From a virus (lineage: Duplodnaviria; Caudoviricetes): a stretch of 25,733 nucleotides of DNA. Shown here piece after piece: positions 15,929 through 23,728 of the stretch. The position numbers and the translations under genes were made by a program. The stretch's first letter is position 1. Each line of letters starts with the position of its first letter. The notes under the pieces are model-generated. The model made no database searches and was not told the DNA's origin. It saw nothing but the letters and a program-made list of their open reading frames with translations. The stretch is taken from IMG/VR virus record IMGVR_UViG_3300037631_002861, positions 1 to 25,733 of that record. One strand, written 5' to 3'.

Positions 15929-16803
15929 AAGTTTTGAATTTTTTGAGACCAGAAAATGGTCTCACGGAAGATCCTCTTTATTATCTAAACTTTGAAAAGT
16001 ATGAAGGTGTTGCGAGAGATTGCTATCTCTTCATGGCTGACTTCTATAAGGATCTATACTCTGGTCGATATGATGATAAAGAAAAAGTAGTCTTGACTTT
16101 GGAAGAACCAAACTTCTGTGTTGCTCCTGGAGATAAAGTAAAACTTCATGAAGTTGCTGATAAGATTCTTACAATCTGTCCTTATACTGCAGAACTATTT
16201 GATAACAGAGAGTTCGTCTTCTTCCCATATAGCGAAGACTGGATCCCACCAAAATCAGAAAAAGTAATTGATGTTTCTTACTTTGGTAGTATGCCGAAGG
16301 CTGTGCCTTGGGAAAGTTATGTCAAAAATGTATTCGCAAAATACAATTTCAGATTCGGACACTACAGTATGGGTAATGTTCCTAGGTGTTCCTATCAAGA
16401 TAAGATGATGATGTATGCTGCAACTAAGGTTGCTGTTGTTCATGGTCTCTGTAATATCGATCCTGGAACTGCTGAAAGATATCATAACTTCCCTAGAGGT
16501 AAAGAGAATAAAGCATTCAGTGAATTGGATAGGGGATGGGCCCCTCAAATTAAATCAAGAATGTTTGAGGCTGCATTCTCAAGATGTGTCATTCTTTGTC
16601 AAAAGGATTCCTGGAATCCGATTGAAAAATTCTTTGAACCAGAAAAAGAATTTCTGTATTTTGAGGACGAGGAGGATCTTAAGAAAATCTTAAGTCATGT
16701 GTTAGACAACTATGACGAGTTTGACCAAATGAGAGAAAGCGCATATAATACTGCTGTGAACAACTATACAACTAAGCACTTTGTCGAGAAGTTTTTAAAA
16801 TGA
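15925..16803 (+). CDS. GT-B glycosyltransferase (CgeB/Glyco_trans_1_2-like C-terminus)
   Basis: KSRMFEAAFSRCVILCQ, FFEPEKEFLYF and NNYTTKH. Confidence 0.8.
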   Translation: MKVLNFLRPENGLTEDPLYYLNFEKYEGVARDCYLFMADFYKDLYSGRYDDKEKVVLTLEEPNFCVAPGDKVKLHEVADKILTICPYTAELFDNREFVFFPYSEDWIPPKSEKVIDVSYFGSMPKAVPWESYVKNVFAKYNFRFGHYSMGNVPRCSYQDKMMMYAATKVAVVHGLCNIDPGTAERYHNFPRGKENKAFSELDRGWAPQIKSRMFEAAFSRCVILCQKDSWNPIEKFFEPEKEFLYFEDEEDLKKILSHVLDNYDEFDQMRESAYNTAVNNYTTKHFVEKFLK

Positions 16804-17705
16804 AAAAGTTTATCGTAACAACTACTATCAATAAGCCCACTAGGGCAACCATGAACTTCTCAGCGATGCCTGGATGGACTCTGGTTGTCGTTGGAGATAA
16901 GAAAACACCTCATCACCTATACAAAGAGTTAGACTGTATCTACCTGTCTCCTGATATTCAGGAGCACGGATGGAAAGAGTTGTCTGATACTATTGGATGG
17001 AATAGTATTCAACGTAGAAACATCGGTTTTGTATATGCATATGAACAAGGTGCTGATGTTATTGCAACCGTAGATGATGATAACATTCCATACGAAAACT
17101 GGGGTGAGGATCTTTTAATTGGTAAGACTATCGAGATGGATCTGTATGAGTCTTCTACGGAAGTCTTTGATCCTCTGTGTGTTACTAACTATCCTGAACT
17201 TTGGCATCGTGGATTCCCTATTCAACAGGTTCCTCATCGCAAGGAAACGCGATATGTTGGTAAAGAAGAACGTAAAGTTCTGATTCAGGCTGATCTGTGG
17301 GATGGTGATCCTGATATTGATGCCATGGCACGAATGTCCATGAGTCCATGTGTGAAATTCAATGTTCAAAAACCATATGGTTCATACAGTCTGTCTCCTT
17401 TCAATAGTCAGAATACTTTTCTGGCTCGTGAAGTGATTCCATACTATGCTGTCCTTCCTCATGTTGGACGTATGGATGATATCTGGGGTGGATATATTGC
17501 ACAAATGAAGTTCCCTCAAAGTCTTGTATATAACAAAGCATCTGTCTATCAAGATCGTAATGTGCAAGATCTTGTGACTAATTTGGAAAAAGAAATTATT
17601 GGTTATCGATATACTCAAACATTGGTTGCTAATTTAAATGCTTGGCAAGCATATGTTCCAGAAGAAACTATTGAGTTCTATAAAGCATACAGGAGGTGTT
17701 TCTAA
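16800..17705 (+). CDS. STELLO-like (DUF288 / GT75-related) glycosyltransferase
   Basis: VTTTINKPT, VVVGDKKTP, RRNIGFVYA, DDDN, RGFP, DPDIDA, PFNSQNT and RMDDIWGGY. Confidence 0.8.
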   Translation: MKKFIVTTTINKPTRATMNFSAMPGWTLVVVGDKKTPHHLYKELDCIYLSPDIQEHGWKELSDTIGWNSIQRRNIGFVYAYEQGADVIATVDDDNIPYENWGEDLLIGKTIEMDLYESSTEVFDPLCVTNYPELWHRGFPIQQVPHRKETRYVGKEERKVLIQADLWDGDPDIDAMARMSMSPCVKFNVQKPYGSYSLSPFNSQNTFLAREVIPYYAVLPHVGRMDDIWGGYIAQMKFPQSLVYNKASVYQDRNVQDLVTNLEKEIIGYRYTQTLVANLNAWQAYVPEETIEFYKAYRRCF

Positions 17706-18056
17706 ATGCGTTATGTTATTGATATAGATGGAACTATTTGCTTTCCTGGTAAAGAAGAGGATGAGAGATATACCCTTGCAAATCCTAGGTGGGATAGAAT
17801 TCAGGTAATAAATAAATTATATGATGAAGGCAATTACGTTGTCTATTTGACTGCTAGAGGTATGGGTAGATTTGAAAACTCTCGCGAGTTAGCGGAGAAA
17901 GAATTTCTCACTTTTACAAAGGCTCAATTAGAGTCTTGGGGGTGCAAATACCATGAACTTCATCTAGGCAAACCCTCAGGGGACTTCTATATTGACGACA
18001 AAGGTATTAACGACAATGATTTCTTCACAAAACGACCCGATCAAATTCGTTCCTAA
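17706..18056 (+). CDS. Small HAD-superfamily phosphatase (capsule-biosynthesis type)
   Basis: DIDGT, TARG and GKPSGDFYIDDK. Confidence 0.85.
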   Translation: MRYVIDIDGTICFPGKEEDERYTLANPRWDRIQVINKLYDEGNYVVYLTARGMGRFENSRELAEKEFLTFTKAQLESWGCKYHELHLGKPSGDFYIDDKGINDNDFFTKRPDQIRS

Positions 18057-18381
18057 GGGATGGGGATACGAAAAGTGGATCACAAATGGTTCACTTTACT
18101 GTGGCAAAATTCTTTGGTTTTGCAAAGGCAAAAAATGTTCTTGGCATTATCATAACAAAAAGGATGAAGTCTTCTATGTACAAAGTGGCAAACTTAAGGT
18201 ATACTGGAGTCACTTTGATGACTATGAAATGGCACACGTCAAAGAGTTGAAACAAGGTGAAAAATTTCATGTTCCCACTGGAATGAGACATCGAATGGAA
18301 GCATTAGAAGACACTGTAATGTTTGAGTTTTCCACTGAACATTTTGATGAAGATAGTATTCGTATTGAAAAAGGAGATTGA
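18016..18381 (+). CDS. Cupin sugar isomerase (mannose-6-phosphate / lyxose isomerase-like)
   Basis: VPKGWGYEKW, SWHYHNKKDEVFYVQSG and VPTGMRHRM. ATG 18016 preferred. Confidence 0.8.
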   Translation: MISSQNDPIKFVPKGWGYEKWITNGSLYCGKILWFCKGKKCSWHYHNKKDEVFYVQSGKLKVYWSHFDDYEMAHVKELKQGEKFHVPTGMRHRMEALEDTVMFEFSTEHFDEDSIRIEKGD

Positions 18382-19223
18382 TGTCAATTAGTTATAACCG
18401 ACTTGGTTCAAATGGTCGGCTTGGAAATCAAATGTTTCAGTATGCAGGCCTTCGAGGCATTGCAAAACAAAATGGGTACTCCTGGTTGGTTCCACCACCA
18501 GATGACTATGGTGATTCAAACTATGGTCTTTTTGATTGCTTTGAAATGAGTACAGTCACGTTTCAAAATTTTGGATTCACTCAAAACGTTCAGAATATTG
18601 CAACAGGATGCTTTCATTTCAATGAAAGTTTCTTTAGGGAATGCCCTGATAATGTAAATCTACATGACTATTTTCAAACTGAAAAGTATTTCAAGAATGC
18701 TGAACAGATTATTCGTGAAGACTATACATTTCAAAAAGAAATTTTAGATCCATGCAAAGAAGTTGTCGAACAGTTTGACAATCCAATCTTCATTCATGTG
18801 CGTCGTGGTGATTATGTAAAGCAACCAGAGAATCATCCAGTCTGTCCTTTGTCATACTATGAGAAAGCTCTAAAAGAATTTCCTGATGATGTTCCTGTCT
18901 TTGTATTCTCTGACGATCTTGATTGGTGTCGCGAACATTTTACTGATGATAGATTCGTTCTACCAACAGAAAACATTAAGTATTCTCATACAGCAGATAC
19001 TAATGATGGCAGGGTCGAATCGTTTGTACCATATTATGACTTGTGTATGATGAGTCTCTGTTCTGGTGCTATCATTGCTAATAGTTCTATGAGTTGGTGG
19101 GGTGCATGGTTGCAAAATGGCCGTGGTAAAATTGTTGCACCAAAACCCTGGTTTGGAACTAGGTATAATGATTACGATATGAGTGATCTTCTACCAGAAT
19201 CTTGGATTGAAATGGAGGTATAA
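18381..19223 (+). CDS. Glycosyltransferase family 11 (alpha-1,2-fucosyltransferase-like)
   Basis: GRLGNQMFQY, YFQTEKYF, HVRRGDY, FSDD and IIANSSMSWWGAWL. Confidence 0.92.
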   Translation: MSISYNRLGSNGRLGNQMFQYAGLRGIAKQNGYSWLVPPPDDYGDSNYGLFDCFEMSTVTFQNFGFTQNVQNIATGCFHFNESFFRECPDNVNLHDYFQTEKYFKNAEQIIREDYTFQKEILDPCKEVVEQFDNPIFIHVRRGDYVKQPENHPVCPLSYYEKALKEFPDDVPVFVFSDDLDWCREHFTDDRFVLPTENIKYSHTADTNDGRVESFVPYYDLCMMSLCSGAIIANSSMSWWGAWLQNGRGKIVAPKPWFGTRYNDYDMSDLLPESWIEMEV

Positions 19224-20035
19224 TGGACTTAACTTACATCATGCCATGTCGGATTGAATCTGAAGACAGGCTAAAAAATATTATTACTTCGGTATCTTAT
19301 CTACTAAAAACTTTTACAGATGCAAAAGTCATTGTAAAAGAAGTAGATACAAAATCAACTTTTAAGTTTAGAGCTTTACCAGAGATTAAAAAGATTGCTC
19401 CTATTGAGAATCTTTCTCATGTATTTGAAGAGAACTCTGATAATCTATTTCATAAGACTAGGATTTTAAATGATCTAATCATGATGGCAGATACAAAGGT
19501 TATCTGTAGTCATGACGTTGATGTTGTATATCCAGTCAGAGCCCATAAGATGGCATATGAAGCACTCCTTAATGATCAAATGGATGTTGTTTATCCATAT
19601 GGTTGTGGAGTCTGGCAGTATCAAGTAGACTATCCTATGGATGTCTTTAAGAAGTTTATTGATTCTGGCCATGATCTTAACTCACTAGAACCAAATTGTC
19701 GTACAGAGTCTTCTACTATTGGTTGGACTCAGTTCTATAATAAGGAGAAAGTTATTGAAGGTGGTCTCTGGAATGAAGAATTTATTTCATGGGGAGCTGA
19801 AGACTGTGAGTTCTACTATAGGTTTAATGCCTTAGGTTATAGAGTAGGAAGAATTGAATCTCCTATCTGGCACTTTGAGCATGGAAGATCTCATAATTCT
19901 CATTATCATAATCCGAAGTTCATGGAGAATCATAATCTCTGGCAAACTTTGAGAAATACTCCTCAAGATCAATTAGCAGAGTATTATAGAAATGTCCCTT
20001 ATTTGAAAGCGAGGAATACAAATGCTAGCGTATAA
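19223..20035 (+). CDS. GT-A glycosyltransferase with a GT7 (galactosyltransferase) C-terminal motif
   Basis: HDVD (DxD), GGLWNEEFISWGAEDCEFYYRF and HFEH. Confidence 0.85.
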   Translation: MDLTYIMPCRIESEDRLKNIITSVSYLLKTFTDAKVIVKEVDTKSTFKFRALPEIKKIAPIENLSHVFEENSDNLFHKTRILNDLIMMADTKVICSHDVDVVYPVRAHKMAYEALLNDQMDVVYPYGCGVWQYQVDYPMDVFKKFIDSGHDLNSLEPNCRTESSTIGWTQFYNKEKVIEGGLWNEEFISWGAEDCEFYYRFNALGYRVGRIESPIWHFEHGRSHNSHYHNPKFMENHNLWQTLRNTPQDQLAEYYRNVPYLKARNTNASV

Positions 20036-20819
20036 TCATCTTGGTCTGTTGGGTAGATTGGGTAACCAAATGTTCCAATATGCTTCTCTGAGAGGCATTG
20101 CGGCTCGTCGTGGATATGATTTTGGTATCCCACCATCAAACTTTGAAAATGAGTGGGACTCACATCAACTGTTTGAGACATTTAAACTTCCACATCTGAA
20201 TAAAGAAAACATTCGGTTGTTGGATATGGGACATGCTCCAATCGTAAAAGAAGTTAAGTTTGAATACGATCAAAGATTGCATGATCAATGTCCTAATGAT
20301 GTTTCTATTTGGGGATTCTTTCAAACTGAAAAATACTTTAAAGATATTGCAGACAGTATTAAAGAAGACTTTGCATTTAAAGATGAAATTTCATCCACAT
20401 GTCAAGAAGCATTTGAATGGGACAATCCAGTATCACTACATGTAAGAAGAACTGATTATCTTCAGAACAGTGCGAATCATTATAATCTTGGACTTGATTA
20501 TTATGAGAAGGCTTTAGAAAACTTTGAAGGAAGAACTATTCTTGTATTTTCTGATGATCCTGAATGGTGTTCTGAACAAAAAATATTTGAGGATGATCGT
20601 TTCTGTATCTCTCAAGTTGGAGATAATCGATATGATCTATGTCTAATGTCAATGTGTACATCTCACATTATTGCAAACTCATCTTTCTCTTGGTGGGGTG
20701 CCTGGTTGTCTGGATCTAGTGATGTGATTGCACCAAAGAAATGGTTTGGCCCACAGAATGATAACAAATCTCTAGAAGATTTGTTTCCAGATGGTTGGAC
20801 AATTATTGATTCTGAATGA
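20022..20819 (+). CDS. Glycosyltransferase family 11, second copy
   Basis: GRLGNQMFQY, HVRRTDY, FSDD and IIANSSFSWWGAWL. Confidence 0.92.
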   Translation: MLAYNHLGLLGRLGNQMFQYASLRGIAARRGYDFGIPPSNFENEWDSHQLFETFKLPHLNKENIRLLDMGHAPIVKEVKFEYDQRLHDQCPNDVSIWGFFQTEKYFKDIADSIKEDFAFKDEISSTCQEAFEWDNPVSLHVRRTDYLQNSANHYNLGLDYYEKALENFEGRTILVFSDDPEWCSEQKIFEDDRFCISQVGDNRYDLCLMSMCTSHIIANSSFSWWGAWLSGSSDVIAPKKWFGPQNDNKSLEDLFPDGWTIIDSE

Positions 20820-20820
20820 T

Positions 20821-21609
20821 ATGGATAAAAATAAATCAACATTCAAACTGAAAGGAATTCCTCAGATCTATTACATCAATCTTGATGATAAGGAAGATCG
20901 TCGCAAGTATATGGAGGATCAGTTTGAGCATTGGGATATCAAAAATTATACAAGGATCTCGGCCTGCGACGGTCGTGAAGATGATCTTAGTGGTATTTTA
21001 ACTGGTCGTTATCCAGAAAATATGACCTCAGGTGAGATTGGATGCACTACTTCACACCTGAAAGCACTTAAGCACTGGTTAGAAAACAGTGATGACAAAT
21101 ACCTCATTATGATGGAGGATGATTGTGATCTTGAGTGCGTTAAACATTGGGGATTTACTTGGAAGCAATTTGAATCTCAACTTCCATATGACTTTGATGT
21201 TGTTCAGTTAGCAATTATCAATCCACAGCAAGTCAGTGTAAGAATTCATAGAAGATTTGTGAATGATTTTTCTACGGCATGTTATATTATCACACGTCAT
21301 CATGCACAGAAATTAGTAAATCTACATTGCAGAGGAGACAAGTTTAAATTAGATCAACGTGTCAAGCCTAGAGCAGTTGCAGATGACTTAATTTATAATT
21401 CAGGAAATGCTTTTGCAATTCCTTTATTTCTTTATAAGATTGATCTGGGATCTGACATTCATGATATTCACATTGATGTATTCCATAAAGGCAGCTACAC
21501 TGGACTGTGGGAATTCTGGAGGAGTTCTGCGCCATTGATTGAGGACTGGATGCCATACTTCGACTACGACCCTTTCTACGGCACCTTGCCACCAGAACAG
21601 AACGCTTGA
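20821..21609 (+). CDS. Glycosyltransferase family 25 (LPS-biosynthesis type)
   Basis: YYINLD..RR, RISACDG, GEIGCTTSH, MEDD and STACYII. ATG 20821 preferred. Confidence 0.88.
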   Translation: MDKNKSTFKLKGIPQIYYINLDDKEDRRKYMEDQFEHWDIKNYTRISACDGREDDLSGILTGRYPENMTSGEIGCTTSHLKALKHWLENSDDKYLIMMEDDCDLECVKHWGFTWKQFESQLPYDFDVVQLAIINPQQVSVRIHRRFVNDFSTACYIITRHHAQKLVNLHCRGDKFKLDQRVKPRAVADDLIYNSGNAFAIPLFLYKIDLGSDIHDIHIDVFHKGSYTGLWEFWRSSAPLIEDWMPYFDYDPFYGTLPPEQNA

Positions 21610-21634
21610 CAAAACTTTATGTTTCCTATATACT
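21606..21634 (+). promoter_or_regulatory. sigma70 promoter TTGACA-N17-TATACT
   Basis: -35 at 21606-21611 (overlaps the GT25 stop), -10 at 21629-21634. Confidence 0.85.
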
Positions 21635-21661
21635 GTGTAAAGAAACATTACGGAGTGTATC

Positions 21662-21880
21662 GTGACTGTAACAACTGAAGACGGCGGACGTACAAACATG
21701 TATGCCACCGAACCCCAAATGTATATTTCTCAAACTGACGCAGAGCGTTATGGTCTTGAGTCATATGCCGAGCGAGCTGAGAAACTGAATGGACGCACTG
21801 CTATGGTTGGATTTGTTGCTGCTGTTGTCTCTTATGCTTGCAGTGGCAGCGTATTTTTCTTTGGTGCTTTCGGATTCTGA
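21662..21880 (+). CDS. hli: High-light-inducible protein
   Basis: AEKLNGRTAMVGF chlorophyll-binding motif; GGAG RBS and GTG start. Confidence 0.93.
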   Translation: MTVTTEDGGRTNMYATEPQMYISQTDAERYGLESYAERAEKLNGRTAMVGFVAAVVSYACSGSVFFFGAFGF

Positions 21881-22098
21881 TGATTGAACTACTGACTTAT
21901 TATGTGATTGGTGGTGCCCTTATCATAGGACCACCTGCAATCTTTCTCATCATTGCTATGATGGCAGCACTCCAAAATACGAAAGGACGTATGGTTGGAT
22001 ACAAAGATCACAAAACTTATGGTGACAGCTCTATCTACGATCCGTCATCAAAGTTGCCGACAGATCAGACCAAATTTTATCTTGAACTTGACACTTGA
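21880..22098 (+). CDS. Small membrane protein (72 aa)
   Basis: TGATG coupling; N-terminal hydrophobic helix. Confidence 0.7.
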   Translation: MIELLTYYVIGGALIIGPPAIFLIIAMMAALQNTKGRMVGYKDHKTYGDSSIYDPSSKLPTDQTKFYLELDT

Positions 22099-22101
22099 TG
22101 C

Positions 22102-22130
22102 TTGACACAGTATCAAACTTTCTATATAAT
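22102..22130 (+). promoter_or_regulatory. Perfect sigma70 promoter TTGACA-N17-TATAAT
   Basis: -35 at 22102-22107, -10 at 22125-22130, upstream of petF. Confidence 0.9.
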
Positions 22131-22152
22131 TCAATTAATTCTACGCAGAATA

Positions 22153-22446
22153 ATGGCATTTACTATCACAACTAAAGCACCAGATGGAACTGAAACGTCT
22201 TTCCCTTGTGAAGACGATCAATATATCCTTGACGCTGCTGAAGAAGCAGGCGTTGATATGAACTACTCATGCCGTGCTGGTGCCTGTTCATCTTGTGCTG
22301 GTAAACTTGAAACTGGCTCTGTTGATCAAAGCGATCAATCTTTCTTGGATGATGATCAAATGGAAGAAGGATTTATTCTGACATGTGTATCCTATCCTAC
22401 TAGCGATTGCGTAGTTTTGACCGAACAGGAAGAGAGTCTTTATTGA
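22153..22446 (+). CDS. petF: Plant-type [2Fe-2S] ferredoxin (97 aa)
   Basis: [25 protein letters not shown] and LTCVSYP. True ATG at 22153. Confidence 0.97.
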   Translation: MAFTITTKAPDGTETSFPCEDDQYILDAAEEAGVDMNYSCRAGACSSCAGKLETGSVDQSDQSFLDDDQMEEGFILTCVSYPTSDCVVLTEQEESLY

Positions 22447-22595
22447 TGAGTAATCCTAATCAACTCTATGAAGACATGGAGAAACTGAATGCCCTATACG
22501 AAGAACTCTGCTGGGGGCATGATGACGAATTAGTATTCACTCACGAAAATAGCAGAGTCGTTATTTACAACAAAACACAGGAGCAAAACAAATGA
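22446..22595 (+). CDS. Small hypothetical protein (49 aa, [23 protein letters not shown]...)
   Basis: TGATG-coupled to petF and ATGA-coupled to the next hli. Confidence 0.75.
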   Translation: MSNPNQLYEDMEKLNALYEELCWGHDDELVFTHENSRVVIYNKTQEQNK

Positions 22596-22699
22596 ACGAA
22601 AACGCAGAACGCATCAATGGTATGGCAGCAATGCTTGGAGTAATTGCTGCTCTTGGAGCATACGCTCTAACAGGCCAAATCATTCCTGGTATTTGGTAA
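22592..22699 (+). CDS. hli: High-light-inducible protein, short form (35 aa)
   Basis: Hand translation MNENAERINGMAAMLGVIAALGAYALTGQIIPGIW, with the TGQIIPGI motif; AGGAG RBS. Confidence 0.95.
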   Translation: MNENAERINGMAAMLGVIAALGAYALTGQIIPGIW

Positions 22700-22709
22700 A
22701 CCGAACGTC

Positions 22710-22738
22710 TTTACATAAAAGACGATTCATGATATACT
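22710..22738 (+). promoter_or_regulatory. sigma70 promoter TTTACA-N17-TATACT, overlapped by late-like CTAAATA
   Basis: -35 at 22710-22715, -10 at 22733-22738. Confidence 0.6.
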
Positions 22739-22750
22739 AAATAGATGGAC

Positions 22751-22764
22751 GTAACGAATGTTAC
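22751..22764. promoter_or_regulatory. Palindromic operator-like site matching the NtcA consensus GTA-N8-TAC
   Basis: GTA-ACGAATGT-TAC within the inverted repeat ACGTAAC/GTTACGT. Confidence 0.45.
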
Positions 22765-22894
22765 GTTTTACAACAGACTGGTGTTACTCAACTAATCTCT
22801 CATCAGTCTGTGATATACTTACTTCAACGAGAACAAGTCGAGTTCTCTTTCATCCGTAGGTTAAACTCTACGAGACATACTTAAAGGTACAACA

Positions 22895-23266
22895 ATGTTT
22901 AAATCTGTATTCGCAGCAACTGCTGCTCTTTCCGTTTCTGCTGGTGCCGCTTTCGCTGGTCCCTATGTTAATGTAGAAACCAATGCTGGCTGGACTGGTT
23001 CTGACTACAATGGAACTGCCACCGATCTTCACTTGGGCTATGAAGGCGCACTCGGTGAGAGTGCTTCATGGTACGTCCAAGGTGGCGCTACTGTAGTCTC
23101 TCCTGACGGCGCTGAGAGCGACACCGTTCCTTCTGGCAAGGCAGGTCTTGGCGTTGCACTTACCGATCAACTAGGTGCATACGGTGAAGTCTCCTTTGCA
23201 GGCAGTGGCGATAGCGATATCGATCGTGGATACGGCGGCAAGTTGGGCGTCAAGTACAGCTTCTGA
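22895..23266 (+). CDS. Small outer-membrane beta-barrel (porin-like) protein
   Basis: Signal peptide ending AFA, alternating beta-strand pattern (DLHLGYEG, GAYGEVSF) and C-terminal KLGVKYSF with terminal Phe. Confidence 0.8.
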   Translation: MFKSVFAATAALSVSAGAAFAGPYVNVETNAGWTGSDYNGTATDLHLGYEGALGESASWYVQGGATVVSPDGAESDTVPSGKAGLGVALTDQLGAYGEVSFAGSGDSDIDRGYGGKLGVKYSF

Positions 23267-23275
23267 TCGTTCATA

Positions 23276-23304
23276 TAGACACATAGACATCTAGATGTTA
23301 TACT
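23276..23304 (+). promoter_or_regulatory. sigma70-like promoter TAGACA-N17-TATACT with extended -10
   Basis: -35 at 23276-23281, TG at 23296-23297, -10 at 23299-23304. Confidence 0.55.
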
Positions 23305-23329
23305 GGGGTGCGACGGCATCCCTTTTTTT
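23305..23329 (+). terminator. Rho-independent terminator
   Basis: Stem GGGGTGC/GCATCCC, loop GACG, followed by T7. Confidence 0.85.
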
Positions 23330-23539
23330 ATGAAAGATTATTTTATACGGATCATCACTCATCCTGTCACACACTATAATCTGATCACTATCGGTGTGCT
23401 CATCACAATAGGGATGCTTCATAACCATGCACACTTCTCAATGGATAAGGATGCAGATGCTTATGTGAGACAGTGGTGTAGATCATCTGCAGAAAACAAA
23501 AAGATTTGTATCCGCTATGGCGGTAACATGGATTACTAA
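23330..23539 (+). CDS. Small membrane protein (69 aa)
   Basis: One hydrophobic segment, HNHAH and a Cys pair. Confidence 0.7.
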   Translation: MKDYFIRIITHPVTHYNLITIGVLITIGMLHNHAHFSMDKDADAYVRQWCRSSAENKKICIRYGGNMDY

Positions 23540-23709
23540 TGAAAAAGAAAGAAATTTTGGATCAAGTCGAAGTACTTAAACATCGAATTGAAACCCTAGA
23601 ATCAGACTACTCTCAAGTTTTGGTGAACTGTGCTAAGTTGGAATCTCAATTTCAAATCTTAAAACAAGATAAGAAATATGGGCTTACCGATGATGGCGAT
23701 ATATACTAA
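23539..23709 (+). CDS. Small coiled-coil hypothetical protein (56 aa)
   Basis: Hand translation MKKKEILDQVEVLKHRIETLESDYSQVLVNCAKLESQFQILKQDKKYGLTDDGDIY; TAATG coupling. Confidence 0.7.
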   Translation: MKKKEILDQVEVLKHRIETLESDYSQVLVNCAKLESQFQILKQDKKYGLTDDGDIY

Positions 23710-23728
23710 TGAAGGATGAATCTTTATT

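Noticed and set aside
10362-21609. Bacterial chromosomal LPS/capsule locus
   Set aside because: The flanks are T4-like phage genes with late promoters, the genes are compact with phage-like composition, and no wzx/wzy/ABC export genes are present.
21637-21651. NtcA-like site downstream of the hli promoter (GTA-AAGAAACAT-TAC)
   Set aside because: The spacer is 9 nt rather than 8.
22102-22152. 17-aa N-terminal extension of ferredoxin from the ORF track
   Set aside because: The TTG start is the -35 box of a perfect promoter; the real start is ATG 22153. The same applies to the TTG at 4893.
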